A program made the translations under genes and the position numbers. Below the pieces are notes generated by a model. It worked only from the letters and a program-made list of their open reading frames with translations. It was not told where the DNA came from and searched no databases. A DNA stretch of 64,000 nucleotides from the NCBI GenBank assembly GCA_965205525.1, contig OZ242171.1, positions 6,289 to 70,288 on the forward strand. Direction: 5' to 3'. Position 1 is the stretch's first letter, and the number at the start of each line of letters is the position of its first letter. This stretch comes from Gammaproteobacteria bacterium (GTDB lineage: Bacteria; Pseudomonadota; Gammaproteobacteria; JABABF01). Shown here in pieces: positions 18,783-29,044 of the stretch.

Positions 18783-19823
18783 TCAGGAGGCAAAGGCTTC
18801 AATTCTTCTCAAGAGTTCAAGGGCTTCATCCGGGTCAAGGGTATTTTTTTCATTGAAAATCATCACGCCGAAGCCATCTTCTCTCTCATCTATATGCACT
18901 TCGTACTGGGGCAAATTTTCTGCCTCTTCCCGGGACAGGCTGGACTGCTCTTCCTTGCGCTTTCTCCCTAGCCCAAACAGCCCTCTCTTGCCTCCCTTCT
19001 TCTGTGCCTTCTGATCGTAGGCCACGTAATAGATGCTGGCATCGCGATTCCGGTCCAAGATAAAAAATCCTGCTTTCTGCAGGGTTAGGGCCAGCACGGC
19101 CCACACATGGTTGAAGGGCAGGTCAAGCTGGAGCACCGGCTCCTGGTTTTCATCCCACTCAAGGTGCATCCGCGCCTCGGTGTTAATAACGGCAGCTTGC
19201 AGGGACACCAATGCCGCAGTCTGGCCCAAATCCACGAAGTAAGTGCTGACCGCCTCCAGCATGGTGCGGGCCCGCTTCGGGTCGTCAGAGATTTCGGGCC
19301 AGCCGTCCCCTGCCTCTGGACCTGCCTGCAGCACAAAGATTTCAGAGGTGTCGGCGCGCAGTCCGACACGCACCCGGAAGCGATATTTTTCCTTCGACTG
19401 ATCGTCCGGCTGCAGCCAGTCGGTTTCAATTACGCCATTTTCAATGTCAATCCGCGCTGTGGGCAGCCGGTTGATGCCCACAAAGCTGCGCAGGCGGGGC
19501 CAGGCATGGGTGATGGAGAGTTCCGCCACCATCCATTCTTCGTCCCCCATCTTCCGTATGCGCACTTCACCGAGGGATGGGTTGACCAGGGCTGCGGGGG
19601 GGGCGGGGTGACCTTCCCGCGCATCCGCCTGCTGCTGCTCCGGCAGCGGATAGAGGGGGCGCACGGGCACCGGTTCCATATGCTCCGGCACCTGCAATGG
19701 CTCAATCTCTCTGGCCTCGGCAACATCGTCTTTGCGATCCTGGATACCAGGGATTTTTACGAAACTGCATGCCGCGAGAAGAGCGGCGGCAGACAGGAGG
19801 AGAAGAAAGGTGCAAAGACGCAT
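18783..19823 (-). CDS. bamC: Outer membrane protein assembly factor BamC (NlpB lipoprotein)
   Basis: Lipobox LLAACS. Conserved dapA-bamC-purC gene order and BamC-like two-domain layout. Confidence 0.75.
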   Translation of the reverse strand: MRLCTFLLLLSAAALLAACSFVKIPGIQDRKDDVAEAREIEPLQVPEHMEPVPVRPLYPLPEQQQADAREGHPAPPAALVNPSLGEVRIRKMGDEEWMVAELSITHAWPRLRSFVGINRLPTARIDIENGVIETDWLQPDDQSKEKYRFRVRVGLRADTSEIFVLQAGPEAGDGWPEISDDPKRARTMLEAVSTYFVDLGQTAALVSLQAAVINTEARMHLEWDENQEPVLQLDLPFNHVWAVLALTLQKAGFFILDRNRDASIYYVAYDQKAQKKGGKRGLFGLGRKRKEEQSSLSREEAENLPQYEVHIDEREDGFGVMIFNEKNTLDPDEALELLRRIEAFAS

Positions 19824-19855
19824 AAAAAGACTTCAGTTCATACCGTATCGGCGTT

Positions 19856-20737
19856 TTACAGAACACCAGCCTTGCGAAGAGCTTGTCGCAGATCTTTATG
19901 GTGCACAGGTGACAAAGGTGTGAGCGGCAGCCGGATGCCCCGACCGATCAGACCCATCTCCGCCAGTGCCCATTTTACCGGGATTGGGTTGGATTCAAGA
20001 CCTAGCCCCCGGTGCAGGTCCGCCAGCCGCTGATCCAGCTCCCGGGTCCGCTCTTTGTCGCCGGCCATTGCCGCATCGCACAGCTCTGCCATGGCAGAGG
20101 GGACCACATTGGCGGTTACCGAGATCACTCCCCGGCCCCCCAGCAGCATCATTTCAGCGCAGGTAGGGTCATCGCCGGAATACAGCGTGAAGTCTTTGCC
20201 GCAGTCCCGGATAATTGCGGCTGCGCGCTTCAGGTTCCCGGTCGCCTCTTTGAGGCCCACCACATTCGGCAGCTGGGCCAGCCGCAAGACCGTCTCCGGC
20301 AGCAGATCGCAGGCGGTGCGGCTGGGCACGTTGTAGAGAACCTGCGGAATTTCCACCGCCTCGGCGATGGTCCGATAATGCTGGTACAGCCCCTCCTGGG
20401 TCGGCTTGTTGTAGTAGGGGGTTACCAGCAGGCAGGCATCGGCACCTTCGTCGGCGGCGCTTTGGGTCAGCTTCAGAGCTTCCTGGGTGGCATTGGCACC
20501 GGTGCCGGCCAGCACGGCGATGCGGCCTTTGACCTGGGTGACAATGTGCTTAATTACCTGGCAGTGCTCCTCTACATTCAGGGTGGCGGATTCGCCGGTG
20601 GTGCCCACCGCCGCAATTCCCTGGCTGCTCTGTTGTATATGCCATTCCAGCAGGCGCTCCAGCGCTTCCCAGTCAATGCCGCCGTCGTCCTTCATCGGCG
20701 TAACCAAGGCGACGATGCTGCCGCTGACAGGGAACAT
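19856..20737 (-). CDS. dapA: 4-hydroxy-tetrahydrodipicolinate synthase DapA
   Basis: Class I aldolase DapA motifs (GTTGES, catalytic Lys region LYSGDD...), 293 aa. Confidence 0.95.
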   Translation of the reverse strand: MFPVSGSIVALVTPMKDDGGIDWEALERLLEWHIQQSSQGIAAVGTTGESATLNVEEHCQVIKHIVTQVKGRIAVLAGTGANATQEALKLTQSAADEGADACLLVTPYYNKPTQEGLYQHYRTIAEAVEIPQVLYNVPSRTACDLLPETVLRLAQLPNVVGLKEATGNLKRAAAIIRDCGKDFTLYSGDDPTCAEMMLLGGRGVISVTANVVPSAMAELCDAAMAGDKERTRELDQRLADLHRGLGLESNPIPVKWALAEMGLIGRGIRLPLTPLSPVHHKDLRQALRKAGVL

Positions 20738-20775
20738 GACGCTGGTTTCTGCTAAAAGAGTGGATGGCAGACGAG

Positions 20776-21540
20776 TCAGAACTCGTCTGGCCTGTTCATC
20801 GCATCTATTCCGCCGTCTACGAATAGCATTGAACCAAAACAGTAACCGCTGTCCGGGCCGAGCAAAAAGCAGACGGTGGCGGCGATTTGCGCCGGCTTTG
20901 CGGCACTGCCTGCGGGGATACTGTCTTGGAATTGTTTCATCGCTTCCCGATATCGCTCATCCTCCATGTTAGCCAGCACCAGCGGGGTGATGGTCATCCC
21001 CGGGGCGACTGCATTCACCCGCACTCCCTGTTTTGCCCAATCGGCGGCGTTGCGGCGCATCCACCGGGTCAGTGCCTTTTTGGAACCGCTGTACACCGCA
21101 TCGCCTTTGCTCTCATCCGCCAGCTGGCAGGACTGTTCCTCGTCTCCTTCCAGGAACCGCTTGGCGAGTTTTTCATTGTTGAAGTCCATGGGCGCAGAAT
21201 TGGAGGAGATCAGCACAGCGACTCCTCTTTTTTTTGCCAGCAGCGGAATGGCCGCCTGGGTGGTGGCGACGACCGCGAAATAGTTCAGCCGGGCAATAAG
21301 AGAGGTCGGTTCTACATGGGGGCCGACCCCGGCGCAGGGCACGAAGCCGTCAAGCCCGTCGGGAGCTTCCTGCTGCATCCAGTCCGCCATCTGCTTGCGG
21401 CCTTCGGCGGTGCTCAGGTCTGCCTGCAGATCGGCATCTCGGATGTCCACCACCCGCACCTCATGGCCTTGGCCCAGCAGCTGCTCCCGGACTGCCGCGC
21501 CGATCCCAGTTGCCGCCCCTGTCAAGATATACAGACCCAT
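20776..21540 (-). CDS. Short-chain dehydrogenase/reductase (SDR)
   Basis: TGAATGIG Rossmann motif and YxxxK (YSGSK) catalytic motif. Start at the internal Met (21540). The 87-codon upstream extension lacks SDR homology. Confidence 0.8.
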   Translation of the reverse strand: MGLYILTGAATGIGAAVREQLLGQGHEVRVVDIRDADLQADLSTAEGRKQMADWMQQEAPDGLDGFVPCAGVGPHVEPTSLIARLNYFAVVATTQAAIPLLAKKRGVAVLISSNSAPMDFNNEKLAKRFLEGDEEQSCQLADESKGDAVYSGSKKALTRWMRRNAADWAKQGVRVNAVAPGMTITPLVLANMEDERYREAMKQFQDSIPAGSAAKPAQIAATVCFLLGPDSGYCFGSMLFVDGGIDAMNRPDEF

Positions 21541-21683
21541 GATTTCTCCCCCTGCTTCAAGTCTGACCGAGCAGGGGACTTTATACAAGCAGGCCCTCCC
21601 TGTCAAAGCGCTGCTCCCGGTCTGTCGCTCATCCCGCCCTGCTTTTCCTCTGTTTCTTCTATCATTGAAGTGTTGATACCCTA

Positions 21684-24600
21684 TTGATGCTGGCACTTTG
21701 CCGAGCTTTAACGATGCTGTCCACTGCACTGCTGCTTTTACTCTCCCTCGCCGCTGCTCCTGCGGCTGCCCAGAACATAGGCTCCTCAGTACAGCTGGCA
21801 CCCCGAGACGTGTCTCTAAATACCGTGTCCGCCGCCACCTCTTCCTCAGAAGTGGTGCGCTTGACGGTGTCCGATACAGTCGCCGATGACATGCCAGTGC
21901 GTTATGACGCCATTGTGTGGCAGGTGGAGGGAGATCTCAGCGTTTTGGGCAGGCTGGTGCAGGCCGAGGACAGCAGCTCGGGTGTTCTTGATTTTAGCCT
22001 GCACGATGAAAACGGCTTGTTGATTCCAAGTGAAATAGAGCTCCGCTTCACTGCAGAGACAATTCTGCTCATCTTCACTTTGCCGACAACGGTTTCACTC
22101 AGCACAAGCAGCACTCTGAATGCCCGTGCAATCTATTCCCTGCGCGCAGCTCCACGGGCCGGCGCGCTCGGTGTAATTGATAATGCCCTGTATGTCTTTA
22201 CGCTAAGAGACATCACCTTGGGCGGTCAGCCCGGTGCGGATCTTCCGGTTCCAATCAATGCGCAAGAGGTTTCGGGCACAAGCGCACAGCTCCGAATCAG
22301 GGTGATAGGCACCCAATTGATATGGCCCGCTGATCTGCCGGTATTTGTGGCAGGCCAGGATTTTCTTCTGCTGAATGCCTCTGCTGGAGTGCCTGTAGCG
22401 CTGGCAGTGGGGGTGGCCGACAGGTACGGCAACTTGGATGTGGACGCAGCGGTGCGCACCTCTAGTCTGGTAGTGGAGGTGCAGGTTCAGGGCATGCTCG
22501 CTGATACCAGGTGGGATGAGCTTTCTGATGTTCGGGCGACGAGCGGAATTATCACTTTCCGCTGGGCCCGCTGGCCGGAGGAAAGCCTGGAATACGCAGA
22601 CCTGTTCGCAGTGGTGGACGCTGGCGGCAGCACCCCCCTGCGGACGACGGCACCGGTAATCCTGGAGACAGATGCCCTCGCCGAGCGCCTGGTGGTGGAA
22701 GATATTCGCATTGAAGTATCAAGCGATCCAGATCGGCCTGCATTCTCTGTCAATAGCCTGCTGGACCGGCGGGACAATATTCTGCGCTTTCGCGCTCGGG
22801 CGGTGGCTGGCGGAGCAGATTGCCAGAGGGAAGGTGTGCGCCCCTGTATCAACGACATCCTGTACGCCGAAGATCTATTGCTCCGCCTGACTTGGGATGC
22901 AAGTCAATTTGCCCTGGCTGTTGATGAAACAATCGGTGGTCTTGAAAATTCCCTAATTGCAGGGCTGCCCGGCAATATTCTTTTAAGCAACAGCGGCTGG
23001 ACAGACGGCGAGACAGAAATGGTGTTAGCCTTCACTCCGGCACTGGCAGCTGCGGTGAGCGCGCAAACGCCGACACTTTCCTTTTCTCTGTTTTCGTCTG
23101 GAACGGATGAGGGTGTGCGGTTCTCCCGAGCAGTAGCGCGAGTGATCGCGGAGCGCCTTTTAGTGGAGGGCTTGCATATCTCGGTGCGCAATGAGCTCAG
23201 TCGGCGCATATCTTCCGCCGAGGCTCTTTTGCAAGAGGATCTTTTAATTGATGTGCAGAATGCACTGAACCAATCGGACGCTTCTGCCGACAGCCTGCAG
23301 GACGGGCGAGACAATATTCTGCGTTTTACCGTGCGGGCAGCTTTCGGGGAAGAAAATTGTCAGGAACAGGATGCGCCGCCCTGTTTGAACGACCCCCTGT
23401 ATGCAGAAGATATCTTGATCAACCTGGCCTGGGATGAAAGCCGGTTCTCCCTGGCCTTTGCACAGGCGGCCGATGCCTCCGAAAGCAGCGCCTTCCCAGA
23501 TCTGTCCGGCATTGTCTTTGTGTATCAGGGCGGCTGGACCGGCGGCAAGACAGAAGTGGAGCTGATTCTCAACCCGGTGCTGTTGGCGGAGCTTCCCGAG
23601 GGAATGCCCGAACTGCTTATTTCCATACTTCCGGTACAAAGCGGCACGCTGCGAGGTTCAAGCTTTTCAGAGACAGTGGCAAAGACCCCCCGGGCTGGCC
23701 TGCGCTTTGAAGATGCCGGTGCCGACAGACCGGTGCCGCTGGACACAGCGGAAGCCGGTCCTGTTCGGCTTGCCATCGTGACAGTGGCGGGCGGCACTGC
23801 CGATGGCGTGGCGGCGGAATACGACACTCTGATCTGGCGGGCCATGGGGCAGGCGAGTATCCTGCAGGCGCTGGGGGATACCCTTACCCTCACCCTGCAT
23901 GAGGAGCGCGCCGTCCAAAGCGAGTCGGCTCTTGCCGTTGCCTACGGTCATCTGGTAACTGATCCAGAGAGCGGACTGCCCGCCCGAAGAATTATTTTTA
24001 CCCGCCCTTCGCCGGTGCGCCTGGAAGAATCTACCCGCACTGTCAGTTATACGCTGCAGGCGCAGTATGAGTCTCCTGCTGCCGCTATTTCCGATAACAG
24101 CACCCTTGCCTTCACCCTGCAGTCCATCGGTCTTGCCAGCAGGGTTCCGTCGGCCCTCGTGGATACCGCTGCCCTTGCGGATCGCACTGTCGCAGTACGA
24201 GCAGAGGTCGTCGGAACCGAGCTGAGATGGCTGGATACGGGTGATCCGGCCTTGGACTTCAATCCTCCGCTTTTCCTTGGGCTGAGAACCGATGCCGGGG
24301 TTCTCGTGTCCCTGGGGGTGGAAGTGACCGATATTCACGGCAATCGGGACTTGGATGTGATAACAGAGGCAGAGGCCCTGTCGGTGGAGGTGCATGTAGA
24401 CGATAGGCTCGCCGATACCCGGGGTGATGTCTTGACGGATATCCAGCCGGTGCAGGGAGCTGTCACCTTTCGCTGGGCCCGCTGGCCGGAGGAAAGCCTG
24501 GAATACGCAAACCTGTTCGCAGTGGCGGATGCCGGCGGCAGCACCCCCCTGCGGACGACGGCGCCGATAATCCTGGAGACAGATGCCCTCGCCGAGCGTC

Positions 24601-27600
24601 TGGTGGTGGCGGATATGCAGGTCATCGTGAGGGATGCGCTGGACCGCCAGGTGCTCCAGGATGACTTGGTGAGCGGGCCGGAAAATATTCTGCGCTTCAC
24701 CCTGCGAGGCGTGGCCGGGCAGGAAGATTGCCTGACGAATACGGTCCGTCCCTGTGTGAATGACATTCTGTATGCACCGAACCTGGCGGGCATCCTGCTG
24801 TGGGAGGAAAGCCAGTTTTCCCTGCTTGTTGAGCAGATCTCACGTACAAATGGCGTGCTCATCGACCTGACATCTCAGGACAGCTGGACGGATGGCGCAG
24901 CAGAGGTGACGATCAATCTCAGGCCGACACTGATACAGGCGCTTCCCTCTACGCTGCGTCTGGAAATTCGTGATCGCGATGCCCGGCTGGAGGTTCTCGC
25001 CAATCTCATAGAAACGGTCACAGCGAGGCTGATATTTAATCTGCTGCCGTCAGCGCAGACTGTTTTGGCAGGCAGTCCGACTGCGCTGACGGCATTGGCA
25101 GGTATTCCGCCTGCGGTGGGCATTGATGTCATGCTGCAGGCGACTCGGATTGCCGATGCCCTGACACCGCTTCTGGTCGGGGCGCGCAGAGGGCCGGTCT
25201 TCGCGCCGCTCACATTTGCGCCCTCATCAACCGAAACGGATGTGGTATTTCCCGTGCTGGCGACGGGGGTATGGCGTTTTTCCATAGCGGGTGCAGGGGA
25301 AAGGGCTGTCCTGGCCGGGGCGGATACGGTGACGGCAACAGTGCTGCCGCCGACGGTATCACTGACGGCGCCAGCGCAGGCGGTGGAGCGCAGCACGGTG
25401 GTTGCAACCGTAATCGCGGAGCCGGTGCCGCCGGACGTTATGACGACTGTCACAGTGATAGCGAGATTGGAGAATACGAACCGCGCGGTGATGAGAACAG
25501 CGATGCTTGGGCCAGATCGCTCTACGGCCCAAGCCGTATTTGAGGCGGGACTGCTGGATAGAGCGGGCACATGGGTGCTGCAGACGATGAGCGAGTCACC
25601 CTATGCGGCGGTATCCGATGGCACTACGGTGGGGCTCGCGGTCAGGCTGCCAAACCTGCTCTTGACAGCGGAGAGTCCAATCCGAAGCGGTGAAGCGGCG
25701 GCGGTGCGGGTAAGTGCCGAAAAGCCGGGCCCGAGAGAAGATGTGGATGTCATGGTGATTGTGACCTTGGACCGGGCGCCGGGCACCAGTCACGCGGTGA
25801 CGGTGCGCTTGCAGCCGGATGGTTTTGAAAATCTCTCCGCCAGGTTTGAAAACGATCAATTGCTGCAGCTGGTGGGGACATGGACGGTCCGTGCAGAGGT
25901 GATGCCGCCGAATGTTTTGGCTGTCAATAATGCGCCGCCTGCTTCGGTCCAGCTGAGAGTGCTGGCGGCGGGCACCGCAGGATTGGAATTCACAGATGCC
26001 GGGGACTCTCGCTTCATTTTGCTGGACAGTGCTGTCCCTGATCCTGTTCCGGTGGCCACAGTGACGGTGCTAGATGAAGATGCCGACGGCGCGGCGGTGC
26101 GCTTTGACACCATCGTGTGGCAGGTGGCCGGTTCGGCAGATGCTCTTTTGCAGCTGCGGGACACCAGCCGCATCCTGCTCAGCCTGCACGGGGGACAGGG
26201 CGCGAGGATAGAGAGCGCGGCGGTGCTCACTTCCACTCCAGGGGCAGTCTTGGCCGCATTTGTCCTGCCGGCAACAGCTTCCCTTAATGCGGACAGCAAT
26301 AATCCCGCGGTACGCTCTGCATATACCCTGCATGTGCAGCTGCTGACCGCGTCCGGGGCTTTCATGGATAACAGTGAGTATGTGTTTCGCTTGGAAGATA
26401 TCGCCTTAAGCAGCGGAGCATTGCCTGTTCTCATTGACTTAGAAGCGGCTGCAAGCGCGAGCGCCCGGGCCCGTGTGACGGTAACGGGCACGGAGCTGCG
26501 ATGGCTGGATACGGCGCATGTAGATTTCAGCGATCCAACCGCTCTTCAGCTGACGACGACAGCCGGGGCGACAGTGCTTCTGGCGGTGGAGGTGACGGAC
26601 GGGCAGGGCAGCCGCGAGCTGGATGTGGCGGCGGACACTGCCAATTTGGAGGTGAAGGTTTTCAGTGCATCTCCGTTTGGGGAAATGCTGTCCGACGCCG
26701 GAGATTCCATTTCAGACATTCGGACCGATGCCGCCGGGCGCATCACCTTCAGCTGGACTCGCTGGCCTGGTGAAGACAAGGAAGAGGCAGTGATCCGCGC
26801 ACAGCTCCGCGATGCGGCACTGGGTGTTCTGAACACAGCCGGCAGCATCAGGGTGATCACGGAGGCTGTCGCTGAGCGTCTGCTGGTGGAGGATGTGCGG
26901 GCTGCAGTCGGCGGTTTGACGGTGCGCCGCAGTTTGCTCGGCGGAAGCGAGAACGCCTTGCATTTTATCGGTCGGGCGGTGGATGGGGACGGCAGCTGCG
27001 AGGAAGAAGGCGCTATTCGGCCCTGCGTGGACGATATTGACTACGCAGGCGATAACTTAGATCTCACCCTAAACTGGATGGAGACGGCGTTTTCTCTGGA
27101 AGGCCGGGGCGCAAATTTTTTGAATCCGGATCGGGAGAGCCGTCTCATTGCTTTGCTTGGCTTTGTGCAGATATCAGGCGATCTCATGGACGGAGTTGTT
27201 GTCACCCTGCCTATCAGCAGCAGCTGGACCGGCGGCAGGGTGCAGGCGATGTTCTATCTCAGCCCGATGCTGACGGACAATATTTCTCAATCGGTCCTAA
27301 GGTTCAAGGCGCGCAATGCCCGTGCTGACTTGGAACCGACATCTTTCACGGTAACCGTGACGGATTCGCTGTTGCAGCTGCCCCCTGCTTCTATTCTTGT
27401 CACACTGAAGGTTTCCCCCAGCCCGGCCGCCCCCGGAGCCTGGGTGGCACTTGCAGCCGATGGGGTGATTCCAATCGGCAGCGTGCGCTTGAGTATAGAA
27501 GCGAGCAAAAATGGCGGAAGATTTTTTATACCGGCCGTCACCGCGGCGGACGCAAGCACATCCCCCTTGACGATTACTGCAGATGGGGCGCAGTCTTTCT

Positions 27601-28076
27601 ACCTGCCGAATGCGGCGGGAGAATGGGTGTTCAGAATAAGTGCAGCGGACAGCACCTTGGTGGATACGGCGCAATCAAAAGATGTTCGCCTGACGGTTTT
27701 GCAGCCTGCACCGCTGGACTTCAATGCTTCCTCTGACAGGGTGGATGCAGATGACCTGGTGCTGGCCCTGCGCTACCTGGAACTGTGTGTGAATGCGCCG
27801 CAGACAAATTGCGATGCGATAGCAACTGCTGGTCTGAACCTATTTCGCAATCTCGCGGGCCCAGATGAGCTGCCTGATGACGCCGCCCTGGTAATACCCG
27901 ATGTAACGGGAACCGGGCAGAGAGCAGGGCAGGGAATGGGCGATGCTGCGGATATTGCAGTGCTCCTGAATTACCTGACGGGTATTCGGGAAGGGCTTTT
28001 CCCTTTGCGCATATCCGGGCGCGATCGGGCAGTTTTGGAAGCTTTTGTCCGGCAGTCCCTGGGCATGGACGAGTGA
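21684..28076 (+). CDS. Giant (2130 aa) secreted repetitive protein with three ~700-aa macro-repeats and dockerin-like C-terminal tail
   Basis: Sec signal peptide (LLLLLSLAAAPAAAQ). Three collinear macro-repeats start near VRYDAIVWQVEGD, AAEYDTLIWRAMGQ and AVRFDTIVWQVAGS. Recurring submodules FRWARWPEESLEY...GGSTPLRTTAP and [DE]NILRF..RAV.G...C-x6-7-PC-[VIL]-[ND]D-x-x-YA. The C-terminal duplicated D-rich helix segments (DADDLVLALRYL and DAADIAVLLNYLTG) resemble dockerin repeats. Confidence 0.8.
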   Translation: MMLALCRALTMLSTALLLLLSLAAAPAAAQNIGSSVQLAPRDVSLNTVSAATSSSEVVRLTVSDTVADDMPVRYDAIVWQVEGDLSVLGRLVQAEDSSSGVLDFSLHDENGLLIPSEIELRFTAETILLIFTLPTTVSLSTSSTLNARAIYSLRAAPRAGALGVIDNALYVFTLRDITLGGQPGADLPVPINAQEVSGTSAQLRIRVIGTQLIWPADLPVFVAGQDFLLLNASAGVPVALAVGVADRYGNLDVDAAVRTSSLVVEVQVQGMLADTRWDELSDVRATSGIITFRWARWPEESLEYADLFAVVDAGGSTPLRTTAPVILETDALAERLVVEDIRIEVSSDPDRPAFSVNSLLDRRDNILRFRARAVAGGADCQREGVRPCINDILYAEDLLLRLTWDASQFALAVDETIGGLENSLIAGLPGNILLSNSGWTDGETEMVLAFTPALAAAVSAQTPTLSFSLFSSGTDEGVRFSRAVARVIAERLLVEGLHISVRNELSRRISSAEALLQEDLLIDVQNALNQSDASADSLQDGRDNILRFTVRAAFGEENCQEQDAPPCLNDPLYAEDILINLAWDESRFSLAFAQAADASESSAFPDLSGIVFVYQGGWTGGKTEVELILNPVLLAELPEGMPELLISILPVQSGTLRGSSFSETVAKTPRAGLRFEDAGADRPVPLDTAEAGPVRLAIVTVAGGTADGVAAEYDTLIWRAMGQASILQALGDTLTLTLHEERAVQSESALAVAYGHLVTDPESGLPARRIIFTRPSPVRLEESTRTVSYTLQAQYESPAAAISDNSTLAFTLQSIGLASRVPSALVDTAALADRTVAVRAEVVGTELRWLDTGDPALDFNPPLFLGLRTDAGVLVSLGVEVTDIHGNRDLDVITEAEALSVEVHVDDRLADTRGDVLTDIQPVQGAVTFRWARWPEESLEYANLFAVADAGGSTPLRTTAPIILETDALAERLVVADMQVIVRDALDRQVLQDDLVSGPENILRFTLRGVAGQEDCLTNTVRPCVNDILYAPNLAGILLWEESQFSLLVEQISRTNGVLIDLTSQDSWTDGAAEVTINLRPTLIQALPSTLRLEIRDRDARLEVLANLIETVTARLIFNLLPSAQTVLAGSPTALTALAGIPPAVGIDVMLQATRIADALTPLLVGARRGPVFAPLTFAPSSTETDVVFPVLATGVWRFSIAGAGERAVLAGADTVTATVLPPTVSLTAPAQAVERSTVVATVIAEPVPPDVMTTVTVIARLENTNRAVMRTAMLGPDRSTAQAVFEAGLLDRAGTWVLQTMSESPYAAVSDGTTVGLAVRLPNLLLTAESPIRSGEAAAVRVSAEKPGPREDVDVMVIVTLDRAPGTSHAVTVRLQPDGFENLSARFENDQLLQLVGTWTVRAEVMPPNVLAVNNAPPASVQLRVLAAGTAGLEFTDAGDSRFILLDSAVPDPVPVATVTVLDEDADGAAVRFDTIVWQVAGSADALLQLRDTSRILLSLHGGQGARIESAAVLTSTPGAVLAAFVLPATASLNADSNNPAVRSAYTLHVQLLTASGAFMDNSEYVFRLEDIALSSGALPVLIDLEAAASASARARVTVTGTELRWLDTAHVDFSDPTALQLTTTAGATVLLAVEVTDGQGSRELDVAADTANLEVKVFSASPFGEMLSDAGDSISDIRTDAAGRITFSWTRWPGEDKEEAVIRAQLRDAALGVLNTAGSIRVITEAVAERLLVEDVRAAVGGLTVRRSLLGGSENALHFIGRAVDGDGSCEEEGAIRPCVDDIDYAGDNLDLTLNWMETAFSLEGRGANFLNPDRESRLIALLGFVQISGDLMDGVVVTLPISSSWTGGRVQAMFYLSPMLTDNISQSVLRFKARNARADLEPTSFTVTVTDSLLQLPPASILVTLKVSPSPAAPGAWVALAADGVIPIGSVRLSIEASKNGGRFFIPAVTAADASTSPLTITADGAQSFYLPNAAGEWVFRISAADSTLVDTAQSKDVRLTVLQPAPLDFNASSDRVDADDLVLALRYLELCVNAPQTNCDAIATAGLNLFRNLAGPDELPDDAALVIPDVTGTGQRAGQGMGDAADIAVLLNYLTGIREGLFPLRISGRDRAVLEAFVRQSLGMDE

Positions 28077-28110
28077 GAAATATTCTTTGCTTTCCCCCTC
28101 TATTGCCCTG

Positions 28111-29025
28111 TTATTCCCCTGGCATCTGAAAATGATGCCCCCATAGGCTGCCGCGATTGGCAGTGACGGTGGGTGTGAATTGACTCCAGTCCAGCTGGCG
28201 GCCTTGGCAGCCGTATTCCAGGGCAAAGCCGGAAGGCGTCATCATGTAAAAGGACAGCATCCGATCATTGGTGTGACGACCCAAGGTGGAGAAGATATGA
28301 ATACCACGCTCGTTCACCCGGTCCAGACAGGCGCCCACTTCGTCAACATTGTCCACTTCCACCATCAGGTGCACACAGCCGCCGGGGAAAGCCTCGGCGG
28401 GCAGGCCGTACAGGGCCACACTGTGATGGCGAGGATTATTGCAATGCATGAAATGCAGGCCGGTGGCACTGCCATCCGGGTTGGGCACCTCCATGTAGTC
28501 TGAGTCGCCGAAACCCAGCACATCCCGGTAGAAGGCGCGGGTTTCTGCCAGTTTGGGGGCGGTCAGCACTGCGTGTCCCAATCCCATACTGCCGTCACTG
28601 CCCGTTTCAAAACGGGGCACCCCCAGCGGGGAGACGAAGGGCACATAGTCCAGTCCGCCGCCGTGATACAGCTCCAAGGTGTTGCCGGAGGGGTCCTGCA
28701 GACGCACCAGGCCGGCCACGCCGCGGTGCGCCCGGTCCTTTTTATTGCAGACCGCAAAGGGGATTTTTAATTTTTTCAGCTCGGTCTGAGCACGGATGAA
28801 CTCCTGCTCGTCCGGCAGCTCCCAGCCTGCCAGCAGGTAGCGGTTCTGCTTGCCCTTTTGAATTGCGAAACGCCAGGGGCGGGGGTCCATCTTGAAATAC
28901 ACACCGTCACCCTCCGGAGCGGCGGGAGCAGGCATCAGGCCGAGCACCTCGGTGCCGAACTCATGCCATTGGGAAGGGGCAGGGCTTTCTATCAGCACAT
29001 AGCCCAGACTGCGTATATCCAGCAT
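28111..29025 (-). CDS. Type I extradiol ring-cleavage dioxygenase (VOC superfamily, BphC/HsaC-like)
   Basis: Two-domain vicinal-oxygen-chelate fold with the His/His/Glu Fe(II) ligand pattern (HGGGLD...HFMHCN...FALEYG). Confidence 0.8.
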   Translation of the reverse strand: MLDIRSLGYVLIESPAPSQWHEFGTEVLGLMPAPAAPEGDGVYFKMDPRPWRFAIQKGKQNRYLLAGWELPDEQEFIRAQTELKKLKIPFAVCNKKDRAHRGVAGLVRLQDPSGNTLELYHGGGLDYVPFVSPLGVPRFETGSDGSMGLGHAVLTAPKLAETRAFYRDVLGFGDSDYMEVPNPDGSATGLHFMHCNNPRHHSVALYGLPAEAFPGGCVHLMVEVDNVDEVGACLDRVNERGIHIFSTLGRHTNDRMLSFYMMTPSGFALEYGCQGRQLDWSQFTPTVTANRGSLWGHHFQMPGE

Positions 29026-29044
29026 CGGCGGTTAGCGTCCTGTC

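Noticed and set aside
21684-28076. Giant protein as an RTX/T1SS adhesin
   Set aside because: It has a classical N-terminal Sec signal peptide. There are no GGxGxD nonapeptide repeats, no C-terminal T1SS signal and no adjacent T1SS genes.
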